Origin: an uncultured Verrucomicrobiae bacterium
Lineage (GTDB): Bacteria > Verrucomicrobiota > Verrucomicrobiia > Chthoniobacterales > JAFAMB01
Assembly: GCA_963808535.1 (NCBI GenBank)
Contig: CAWEGF010000025.1
Coordinates: 213,660-277,659 of the forward strand
Reading direction: 5' to 3'
Length of the DNA stretch: 64,000 nt
The notes beneath the pieces were generated by a model. The model saw nothing but the letters and a program-made list of their open reading frames with translations. It was not told where the DNA came from and made no database searches. Shown one piece after another: positions 56,295 to 64,000 of this stretch; the first letter of the stretch is position 1, and the number at the start of each line of letters is the position of its first letter. Both the position numbers and the translations under genes were made by a program.

Positions 56295-58110
56295 ATGATT
56301 TACCTCGAGATTAGCTACGCTCAAAGGAATGAGGCTAAGCCTTTCGGCGTTCGGTGGGATCCAAAAGAGAAGCTCTGGTATTTTCCGGGCGAGGTGCTTC
56401 CCGTGGAGTTGGAGCGTTTCCGGCCGGCCAAGGAAGGCCACGGCTCCGGCAAGAAAATTATTCTGGATATTCCTTTCAGTTACCGCGAAATCGCGACCAA
56501 GGCTGGCGCCCAGTGGAACTCCGAGAGGAAGGTCTTTTTCTTCGAAAAACAGCCCCTTCAGACGTTACCGCTCGAACTCGAGGGGTTTGAACCAAAGGAA
56601 TTTAGTTGGGAGGAGAAGATTCAGAGGGAGCTGAACGGCGAAGTGCCAACGAGCGTTCCAGCGCAAAAATCGATAGCCCTCAGATCCCACCAACTGAAAG
56701 CTGTCGAGTTGATTTGCCAGGCGTACCAAAACGGATATCCCGGATTTCTTCTAGCAGACGATGTCGGGCTGGGAAAAACCTTCGCCGCTTGGGCCGGGAT
56801 CCTCAGCATTCTGGAAAGCGCGCGGGAAAATTGGAAGATCCTCATCGTCTGCCCGCTTGGGGTGGTGGCCAACTGGCGCTCCAGCATTCAGTGGATGGGC
56901 ACCAGTCGATGGGCCAAAGAAGTGGTGATTCTGAACTATGAGCGCCTTGGCAAAATCTTTGAAGGTAAACCGCGCAAAGGCGCCAAAAAATTGAGCAAAA
57001 GGGATTTGTCTCGCCGAGGGGTAGCCAGTGAGGAATTTGAGATCGTTCTTTTCGACGAATCTCACGCCCTGAAAAATCTCGACTCTCTGAGAACAAAATT
57101 TTCCATTAAATTATATCCCGGCGCGAAAATGATCTTCTGGCTTTCGGCGACGGCCGGTCAAAACCCGCTTGAGCTCGGATACTTAGCTCCCATTCTGGCC
57201 AAAAAGACCGGAAACACTGCTCTGACCACCAAAGATTTTGAACACTGGTGTGTTTCGACTCTGCCTGGCGTTTCCAGAAGCAAATTCGGAGCTTGGGCTT
57301 GGACCGGTGGAAGGGAGGAAGAAGAAAGGATTCGGCAACTTTTGTTTGATCCAGACCAGAAAGGGGTAATGTCTGCTTTGCGCCGGCGGGCCTCTGATTT
57401 AGCTGGATGGCCCGAAGTGAACCGGATTGTTCATGCCGTCGAACTCGATCGCGAGGCCCGGTACCTCTACAAACTGGCTTGGGAGAATTTTAGAAGAGCT
57501 CTCGATGGCATTGCTAGCCTGACTAAACAACAAGCCGCGCTGGTTAAGAATGAAGCTGTCATCCGGCTTCGGCAAAAATCCTCGCTGCTCAAAGTGGAAG
57601 ACTCCGTCGAACTATGCCAGGAGCTTTTGGAGAATGGTCGCCAGGTGGCGATTTCCTGCGAATTTCTGGCCACCATGGACGCCATAGAAGAGCTGTTGCA
57701 AAAGAAGAAGATCCGCTACGCCCGGATCGACGGGCGCTCCACTAACAGCTCGGCATTGAAAGAAGCCGAACGCTTGCGATACCAGCGCGGTGATGCCGAG
57801 GTCATCCTCTTCAACGTCATCGAAGGAATTTCGTTGCACCAAGGGGAAGTTAACCATGGTGGAAACCAGGTCCCCCGGTGCTCAGATCGATCACGATTTG
57901 CGATGGTCCGCGATCCAAGCGCACCAAATTGACGGGCGCAGTCATCGCGATGGAAAATTCGCCCAGGTTTACTGGGTAGTCGCCAAAGAGACTATTGATG
58001 GCCGGGTCGCCGAAGTGCTCTTGGGGAAGATGGAATCAATGGGCAATCTTCAAGGAGATCCGACTAAGGATTTTGAGCAAATATTTTCCGCCATTCAAAG
58101 AGAAGACTGA
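56295..58110 (+). CDS. SNF2/strawberry-notch-like helicase with two N-terminal DUF5710-like modules, split by an apparent +1 frameshift at C5 57872-57876
   Basis: N-terminal modules: AKPFGVRWDPKEKLWYFP and ATKAGAQWNSERKVFFFE. Helicase motifs: DDVGLGKT (I), LFDESH (II), LSATAGQNP. The next frame has QIDHDLRWSAIQAHQIDGRSHRDG (V-VI). Removing one C joins ...GGNQVPGAQIDHDLRW. Confidence 0.8.
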
Positions 58111-58262
58111 TAATTCTGATTTTCTGCGGTTCGAAGAAATGCGATGCATTTCGAGCACGTGATCACCTCTAGATTGATTCACCATCCTCATCCTTCGTAC
58201 TCGTTCTTTTAGGCGGCATTTGCCATCCGGCGCGTTTTTTCTTTGTCGGGTGCCCATAGTGA

Positions 58263-58552
58263 GTGCACCAAGTCAGTGACTGGTGTAGTGGCGTTGCGAT
58301 CAAAATGGGCCGACGGCAAGCCGGTCCGAGCCGGACTGGCGGTAGAAAGGAGCATGTCTAGATCGATACGTGACTGAGGAGCAACGCAGCCGCCGGCCCA
58401 TTTTCATCGCAACCCTCCGGGCTGCGCGCCTTTTGCCCGGCTGCTTCGTCGCTGATCGGTCAAAGACCACCGCGGGTATTCCCGCTCTTCGCTTCGCGCA
58501 TCCAGCCAAAATTCGCAGCAGCGCCACTACACCAGTCACTGACTTGGTGCAC
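58263..58552. mobile_element. MITE-like non-coding element with perfect 31-bp terminal inverted repeats
   Basis: gtgcaccaagtcagtgactggtgtagtggcg (58263-58293) is the exact reverse complement of 58522-58552. There is an internal second stem (58297-58318 with about 58391-58412). The internal ORFs are Arg-rich and unlikely to be coding. No transposase is present. Confidence 0.45.
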
Positions 58553-58626
58553 TAGATCAAAAAGAATTTGACGTCGGGCGGGAACCAATCCTCAACTTAT
58601 GGACCCCATTGCCGTATTTAGGCAGT

Positions 58627-58797
58627 ATGAATCTCAAAGAGATCCTGGCGGATCCAACTATCTCCTTCTGGCTTAAGGATGCCATCAAAACGGCATATGA
58701 GCGGGATCCGGTTGACGCCTTGCGGGACGCTCGCTGGTTGCTCAAAATGCTTGGCGATCGATATACCCAAATAGTTAATCGAGATCTGGCCCACTGA
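58627..58797 (+). CDS. hypothetical small protein
   Basis: 56 aa from ATG 58627: MNLKEILADPTISFWLKDAIKTAYERDPVDALRDARWLLKMLGDRY. No family is recognised. Confidence 0.35.
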   Translation: MNLKEILADPTISFWLKDAIKTAYERDPVDALRDARWLLKMLGDRYTQIVNRDLAH

Positions 58798-58874
58798 GGC
58801 CGGGAAAGAGCAATCAATCTGGCGGTCTGCCTCCGCCTTGAAGCGACAACACCACAGACAAAATGCCTGTCTGC

Positions 58875-59192
58875 TCACACGTCCGCTGTTAACAAAATTT
58901 CCTGGACTTCCCGAAAAGTGCTTTGATGGTGGTCATTCCATTCCATCAAGGAGCAGGCCTTATCCGACTTTGTCATCTGATTCAGGCCCAGTTCTGAAAC
59001 ACTGAGCGCTAGCAAAACCCGGTCCATCGCCCTCCCCCATTCAGAAGGCGGATAGGCTTTCTGGACTGCCGACACCGCACACCACCTTACCGCCCGGGGA
59101 TCAAGCGCCGGCAGCTTTTTACCATCCCGATCCTGGGCCGGGGATTTCTGGCACCAAGCTGCGGGTGAGTTGAGTAATTCGTGGGCTTTCAT
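58875..59192 (-). CDS. DUF6197-like small protein (family typical of phages/mobile elements)
   Basis: 105 aa. The pattern AWCQKS...DGKKL...RWCAVSAVQKA...SLMEWNDHHQSTFREVQEILLTA matches my recollection of the W-C-Q-G...C-A-x-G-A...WND...T..EV family layout. This is unverified. Confidence 0.5.
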   Translation of the reverse strand: MKAHELLNSPAAWCQKSPAQDRDGKKLPALDPRAVRWCAVSAVQKAYPPSEWGRAMDRVLLALSVSELGLNQMTKSDKACSLMEWNDHHQSTFREVQEILLTADV

Positions 59193-59672
59193 TGGGGGTG
59201 AAAGCAGCTATACCACAATAAACAGTAAAAAAACAGGTTTTTCCATACTCCCCGTGCTGACAGCAGATGTCCCCAAACAAGATCGCCAGCGGCGGAGCCC
59301 GAGCCTCCAAGGCCGCCTGCTTAAAGGAAGCGTCCCCCTTGCCCTAGAAGAACCAGCAAAAGCGCCACGGCGGCGCCGAGAATCGCTAAGGCGCAAAGAA
59401 TAGAAAAGGCCAGTTTCACCGAGTTCTCAATTGAGTGTCCTGGACTTCTATGCTCCGACTCCTGGCCCGATCTCCAAATGTTTCCGCCTAGGTCTCGGTA
59501 TCGGCGACGGACGTCAACGGCCCCTTAACGGCGTTGGTTGGGCGTAGTGTTCGATGGCGAGGCGTCACCCTCGTTGATCTTGGTGAGCGAAGATTCGATC
59601 AGCTTTTTCGGACGTCGCTTACCATGGCTTGAAGTGAAGCGGGACCTGACCGATAAACGGTAAATCAAAGCG

Positions 59673-60683
59673 ATGAGCCCGACACATTACACAGGGATCG
59701 AAAGCCATATTGGAAAAACCCCTCTCATCCGTCTCCGACGGTTATCGGAACTGACCCGCTGCGAGATCCTCGGTAAGGCCGAGTTCATGAATCCTGGGGG
59801 TTCGGTGAAAGATCGAGCGGCCCTCGGCATGATCTTGGACGCGGAATTGAAAGACCAATTGCGGCCTGGCGCCACGATCGTTGAGGGTACCGCAGGGAAT
59901 ACCGGGATCGGCCTCACGGTGGTCGGGCATGCCAAGGGCTATCGCACGGTGATCGTTATTCCAGAAACGCAATCGCCGGAAAAACTAAGTCTGCTCAGAA
60001 CCCTTGGGGCCACCGTCTTGACAGTTCCGGAGAAGCCTTACAGCGACCCTGAAAACTACAATCGGGTCGCGCAACGGCTGGCCACGGAAAAGGGCTGGTT
60101 CTGGGCCAACCAGTTTGACAATCCGGCGAATCGGCAGGCCCACTTCACGACGACCGGCCCGGAGATTTGGGATCAGACGACAGGCGAAATCAGTGCCTTT
60201 GTCTCTGCGATCGGAACCGGTGGGACGCTGGCCGGGACGGGACTCTATCTTAAAGAGCGCCGGAAAGAAATTGCCCTGATTTGTGCCGACCCTTACGGCG
60301 CCGCGATGTGGTCCTGGTTTACGCATGGAGACACTAACATTAAAGATGGAGAGTCTTACGCTGAAGGCATCGGACAAACGAGGGTAACTAAAAATCTTGA
60401 AGGGGTTGCCGTGGACCAGGCATACCGCGTAACCGATCAATCAGCTCTGACGATTGTTTATCAATTGTTGCGCGACGAAGGCTTATTTCTCGGTCTTTCC
60501 TCCGGAATTAACATTGCGGGAGCGGTCAAATATGCCCAGGAAAGCGGCCCTGGACAAACCATCGTCACCATCCTCTGTGACTCTGGTCACAAATACCAGT
60601 CGAAGCTTTTTAATAGTCAGTGGCTAACAGAGCATAATCTCTGTTCCGACCACCCAATTGAAACGGTCTTGGAAGAGATCTAA
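59673..60683 (+). CDS. PLP-dependent cysteine synthase / cystathionine beta-synthase family protein
   Basis: 336 aa. Motifs MNPGGSVKDRAA (PLP lysine), EGTAGNTGIGL, GTGGTLAG and SSGINIAGA are present. Confidence 0.85.
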   Translation: MSPTHYTGIESHIGKTPLIRLRRLSELTRCEILGKAEFMNPGGSVKDRAALGMILDAELKDQLRPGATIVEGTAGNTGIGLTVVGHAKGYRTVIVIPETQSPEKLSLLRTLGATVLTVPEKPYSDPENYNRVAQRLATEKGWFWANQFDNPANRQAHFTTTGPEIWDQTTGEISAFVSAIGTGGTLAGTGLYLKERRKEIALICADPYGAAMWSWFTHGDTNIKDGESYAEGIGQTRVTKNLEGVAVDQAYRVTDQSALTIVYQLLRDEGLFLGLSSGINIAGAVKYAQESGPGQTIVTILCDSGHKYQSKLFNSQWLTEHNLCSDHPIETVLEEI

Positions 60684-60705
60684 AATCTGTGCTAAGCGCA
60701 CCCCT

Positions 60706-62100
60706 ATGCTTATAGAGCGATTCTTTGTCCCCGGACTGGCGCACGTTTCTTATCTCCTGGCGTCGGGAGATGAGGCCGTGGTGGTGGATCCAGAGCGCAA
60801 CGTGGACGGGTACCTCGCTTATCTGGCACGGAACGAACTAAAACTACGTGGCATCTTCTTGACCCATCCTCACGCCGATTTCGTGGCCGGTCATGCCGAG
60901 CTGGCCGCTCGATCGGGCGCTGGGATCTTTATTTCCGGCCGGGCTCCCGCGACATTCGTTCACCACGACCTCAAAGAGGGTGATCGACTCGCCTTGGGAA
61001 CAATGGAGCTCGAGGTCATCGAAACCCCCGGTCATTCGCCGGATAGCATCTGCCTTTCCGTACTCGAATCGGGCGTTCCCGTTGCTCTCTTTTCCGGTGA
61101 CACTCTTTTCGCCGGTGACGTAGGTCGACCGGATTTGCGCGATGGGGAAGTTGGTTCACAGGAACTCGCGGCCATGCTCCACGATTCATTATTCGATAAG
61201 CTGCTGAAACTCCCGAGCGAGGTAAAAGTTTATCCGGCGCACGGCGCCGGATCGTTGTGCGGCAGACAGATTTCGTCCGCGCCGTTCACCACCATCGGCC
61301 AGGAAGCAGCCACCAACTGGGCTCTTCAGTTTACTGATCGAGAACAATTCGTCACCGCCATGGTGGCCAACTTGCCTGACCGGCCGCCCTACTTCAGTCG
61401 ATCGGTGACGATCAATCTGCAGGGAGCCCCGTTCCTGTCGAATCGGCCTGCGCTTACCCATCTTGGACCTGCCGAGTTCGATTTATTAAAGCAACGAGGG
61501 GCGACCACGTTGGATGTGCGTCCGGCAGCGCTTTTCGGCGATGCTCATGCCGCAGGGAGCGTAAACATTGGAGTCGCCGGTCCATCGTTCTCGGTTTGGT
61601 GCGGCTTTTTTGTTAATCCCGATTTACCGATCGCCTTGGTGGTTGAATACGAGAGCGAGGCACAGCGCGCTCAACTCGAACTGGCGCGCATCGGGTTTGA
61701 CGACGTGGTGGGATTTATCTCCACCGACGACCTGGATGAGACGCTACAGATTACCCAAATGGGAGCTCGTGATTTCCTCGCTTCCTTTGAGAGCTCGCGG
61801 CGTCCGCACCTTGTCGATGTCCGATCGGCCCAGGAATGGAATCAAGACCATTTGGACGGTGCGGTCCACATTCCCCTTCCGCAGCTGCTTCGACACCTCG
61901 GAGGAATCCCCCGAAATGCGCCTCTAACCGTGGTCTGCGGGAGCGGTTATCGGAGTTCGATCGCCGCGAGCCTCCTTGAATCAGAAGGGTTCGACCAATT
62001 GATTAACGTCATGGGCGGCATGCACGCCGTCCGCCACGCCAAACGTCCCCGGATTCCGGTCATGGAGTTGGCCGATAACGCGATCGCCTGGGAGATTTAG
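60706..62100 (+). CDS. MBL-fold (persulfide-dioxygenase-like) protein fused to rhodanese domains
   Basis: I prefer the start MLIERFFVPGLAHVSYLL. Motifs FLTHPHADFVAGH and ETPGHSPDS are present. The C-terminal rhodanese has the active-site loop VVCGSGYRSS. Confidence 0.8.
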   Translation: MLIERFFVPGLAHVSYLLASGDEAVVVDPERNVDGYLAYLARNELKLRGIFLTHPHADFVAGHAELAARSGAGIFISGRAPATFVHHDLKEGDRLALGTMELEVIETPGHSPDSICLSVLESGVPVALFSGDTLFAGDVGRPDLRDGEVGSQELAAMLHDSLFDKLLKLPSEVKVYPAHGAGSLCGRQISSAPFTTIGQEAATNWALQFTDREQFVTAMVANLPDRPPYFSRSVTINLQGAPFLSNRPALTHLGPAEFDLLKQRGATTLDVRPAALFGDAHAAGSVNIGVAGPSFSVWCGFFVNPDLPIALVVEYESEAQRAQLELARIGFDDVVGFISTDDLDETLQITQMGARDFLASFESSRRPHLVDVRSAQEWNQDHLDGAVHIPLPQLLRHLGGIPRNAPLTVVCGSGYRSSIAASLLESEGFDQLINVMGGMHAVRHAKRPRIPVMELADNAIAWEI

Positions 62101-62147
62101 CACCTTGCCGATTCCGATTTATTCTGCAACTCCTGAACTCCTTCTGA

Positions 62148-63602
62148 TCAGATCATGTATTCCATCATGACCTCCGCTTCACCAACGGGAGCGGCAGGCT
62201 GCTCAAGCAGCGTTTCCGCAACGCGCTTGGCCTGCGCCCGCAGCTCCGGCACGGCAATGGTCTCCCAAAACGTTCCGCGCAGCAGCGGCCCGAGAGCCAG
62301 CAGTAAGCCGGATCGCTCACCGTCGCCCAAGATGACCGTGTGATCGGGATCGACTCGTACGCCCATGTCTGTTTCGTCCGGCACCACCAAACCTCGTCGG
62401 AGCAGGTTTTGCAGCAAGAGCGATCGAGAGGCGGTCAATTTGGTGGCTGGACCAGTCGCATTGATCACCAGACCGCCCGCCTGGCTCTCGCCGTTATCCA
62501 AATGCACGACCAGTCGATCCCCGGACGCCGCTACCCATTCGATACCCGCAGCGTGTATCTGAAGCTGCCCGGTCAGTTGGGAGCTGGTGATCTGGGCATG
62601 GATATCCGGTGCGATGCGGTGGCGGAAGACGTTCCATCGTGCGGCATACTTCTGGGCAAAGGCGAGCCGCTCGTCCCGCGTGAAATGGTTCCAGACGCGC
62701 TGGGTGTAGGGACGCATTTTATCCACGATAATCGCAGGATTGGCGTTCCGTTCATGCAGTAGCGCACAATGGTGCTGCACCAGCGCCACTAATTTTTCGA
62801 GACCTAGTTCTGTCAGGTCGACGCCTGCTGGAGGAAAATCGGCATATTCGATGCCACGAAAGTGCGAATGGGGGAACCAGCCGTGGCGGGAGATGGCATG
62901 GATGCTGCCCATCCAGCCTTGCGCTCGAAGAGAGATGATCACATCCACCGTGGTAAGTCCGGTCCCCAGCACGACGATGCTCTCGCCCTCACCGGGCAAC
63001 CGTTGTTCCAAAGGCTGCCATGGATCGCCCATCCAGGCTGGATGCCGAGCCAAGGCTTCCGATCCGGGCAGCGCCGCCGGTGGCTCATTGCCCGTCGCTA
63101 AAACCACGCGATCCGCTTCCACGGTGGTGGAATCGGCGAGGCGAAGGAGGGCCATATCGCCTGCCGGTTCGATGTCTAAAACCTCGCCCGCGACAAACTC
63201 CGTCCGGACGGGAGTCATTCCGTCCGCGCTCTGCAAATGATGGTGCATGATGGAGCGCAGATAGTCGCCGTAGACCATGCGCGGAATGAAGCGCTCGCGC
63301 AGCTCGATTTCTGGCAGGGTGTCAAACTCCGAGCGAGTGCGCAGCCATCGCAGGAAATGATCCGGGTCATCCCGAAAGGCGGACATATTCCTGGCGGCAA
63401 CGTTCAGCAGGTGTTGTGGGCGTCGCGTGCTATACGCTACGCCTCGCCCGGCCGGGCGGCGGTCATTGATCACCGTCACCTGGAGCGGATGGGTACTAAG
63501 TCGCGCCAGATTCACCGCGGTCATTACGCCGCTGAAACCACCTCCGACTATGGCGATGTGTTTAGGTGCTGATTTCGGCACGAGTTCTCCCGAGGCGCCC
63601 AT
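62148..63602 (-). CDS. FAD/NAD(P)-binding oxidoreductase (YdhS-like)
   Basis: 484 aa. HIAIVGGGFSGV is the dinucleotide-binding motif, and a second Rossmann-like motif, IVVLGTGLTTVD, is present. Confidence 0.7.
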   Translation of the reverse strand: MGASGELVPKSAPKHIAIVGGGFSGVMTAVNLARLSTHPLQVTVINDRRPAGRGVAYSTRRPQHLLNVAARNMSAFRDDPDHFLRWLRTRSEFDTLPEIELRERFIPRMVYGDYLRSIMHHHLQSADGMTPVRTEFVAGEVLDIEPAGDMALLRLADSTTVEADRVVLATGNEPPAALPGSEALARHPAWMGDPWQPLEQRLPGEGESIVVLGTGLTTVDVIISLRAQGWMGSIHAISRHGWFPHSHFRGIEYADFPPAGVDLTELGLEKLVALVQHHCALLHERNANPAIIVDKMRPYTQRVWNHFTRDERLAFAQKYAARWNVFRHRIAPDIHAQITSSQLTGQLQIHAAGIEWVAASGDRLVVHLDNGESQAGGLVINATGPATKLTASRSLLLQNLLRRGLVVPDETDMGVRVDPDHTVILGDGERSGLLLALGPLLRGTFWETIAVPELRAQAKRVAETLLEQPAAPVGEAEVMMEYMI

Positions 63603-63810
63603 CGTTCGTCGTCCGGAACCCGGCGCATCCTGCGTTGGGTTAACCTTTTGGCGGCGCCATGTCGATGGCTAAATTGCCGCTCGAAGGTAAACTGGATTTT
63701 CGCCTGAAGCCATCGAAGCGGCCAGGACTAGAGGAAGTTTCGACTGGAGCAGAAATTCTCTCCTGCGTCCCGCTCTAACCCAGGCCGGGAACCGTTGAGG
63801 ACAACTCCAA

Positions 63811-63845
63811 CGTTCAACGTTCAGTGTTCAACGTTCAGCGTTCAG
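63811..63845. repeat. heptanucleotide tandem array CGTTCAA CGTTCAG TGTTCAA CGTTCAG CGTTCAG (reverse complement of the TGAACG core at 37011)
   Basis: Read directly from the sequence. It lies in the divergent intergenic region between the FAD gene and the peroxiredoxin-like start. Confidence 0.85.
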
Positions 63846-63963
63846 GCGACCAAAGGTAAAAAGGTCATTGCTAGCGATTTTCAGCCGTTCAAAATCCTTG
63901 CAAATTACAATCAAGACATGCTTGCGCATAAATGGCGTATCCCCTAATTTTTGCGCCAATCAT

Positions 63964-64000
63964 ATGAGCCTCCGCATAAATGACGAAACCCCCAATTTTT
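63964..64000 (+). CDS. probable peroxiredoxin, first 12 codons only (runs off the window)
   Basis: ATG 63964 reads MSLRINDETPNF, which resembles the N-terminus of 1-Cys/Prx6-type peroxiredoxins (MSLRIGDxAPNF). It is far too short to be sure. Confidence 0.3.
   Translation, partial: MSLRINDETPNF

Noticed and set aside
12635-57876. Programmed ribosomal frameshifting or transcriptional slippage as the explanation for the split genes
   Set aside because: The sites share no slippery heptamer, stimulatory structure or common sequence beyond short homopolymers. The affected genes are unrelated, and none belongs to families known to use recoding (prfB, dnaX, IS elements).
58263-58552. Retron msr/msd-like or other RT-associated ncRNA, suggested by the flanking inverted repeats
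   Set aside because: No reverse transcriptase, TnpB/IscB or other partner gene is anywhere near, and the conserved retron features cannot be recognised. It is kept only as a MITE-like or structured element.
56100-59660. A defined genomic island or prophage with integrase, tRNA target and direct-repeat borders
   Set aside because: No integrase, tRNA gene or flanking direct repeats could be found. Only a few mobile-element-flavoured genes are present, so I describe it as an accessory patch or remnant.
59420-59672. Possible riboswitch or leader upstream of the cysteine-synthase-like gene (long-range GCGACG/CGTCGC pairing, GACTCCTGGCCCGAT resembling part of a SAM-I core)
   Set aside because: Only a fragmentary resemblance. 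I could not trace the four-helix SAM-I architecture or any other riboswitch consensus by eye. A covariance-model scan is needed before any claim.

Overview
64-kb chromosomal window from a Gram-negative-type bacterium (tolB-pal, lipoboxes, Sec and TAT signals). The phylum cannot be fixed from the sequence alone. I call about 60 protein-coding genes. I found no rRNA, tRNA, CRISPR array, transposase or integrase. Main blocks: (1) a tightly coupled minus-strand operon of NTP-transferase, AmgK-like kinase, glgE, an ankyrin lipoprotein and an MBL hydrolase (1-5882). (2) tolB-pal. (3) An ECF sigma factor, a putative anti-sigma factor and an HtrA-like PDZ protein whose His/Asp/Ser triad is fully substituted. 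(4) Housekeeping genes: xseB-dxs, plsY-gpsA, plsC-cdsA, larB. (5) An 18-kb carbohydrate-utilisation supercluster (28.5-46.4 kb) with two CUT2-type ABC importers, two AraC regulators, a 621-aa protein of unknown function and six oxidoreductase/hydrolase genes. (6) A GH38 alpha-mannosidase, plus an orphan YtfQ-like binding protein divergent from a LacI regulator, with palindromic operator candidates between them. (7) A small accessory patch: an SBNO/SNF2-like helicase with DUF5710-like N-terminal modules, a MITE-like inverted-repeat element and a DUF6197-like gene. (8) A sulfur cluster: cysK-like, MBL-rhodanese fusion, FAD protein. Two global properties stand out. First, the intergenic DNA is unusually dense with repeats from several families (hairpin-module REP-like elements, CCACAGAGACACAGAG elements, heptanucleotide tandem arrays, local tandem duplications of gene ends). 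Second, there are about ten apparent 1-nt frameshifts, mostly at short homopolymers, that split otherwise intact genes, including plsY. I read these as probable assembly or base-calling indels rather than pseudogenes, but this needs read-level confirmation. All functional calls rest on motif recognition by eye; no searches were run.
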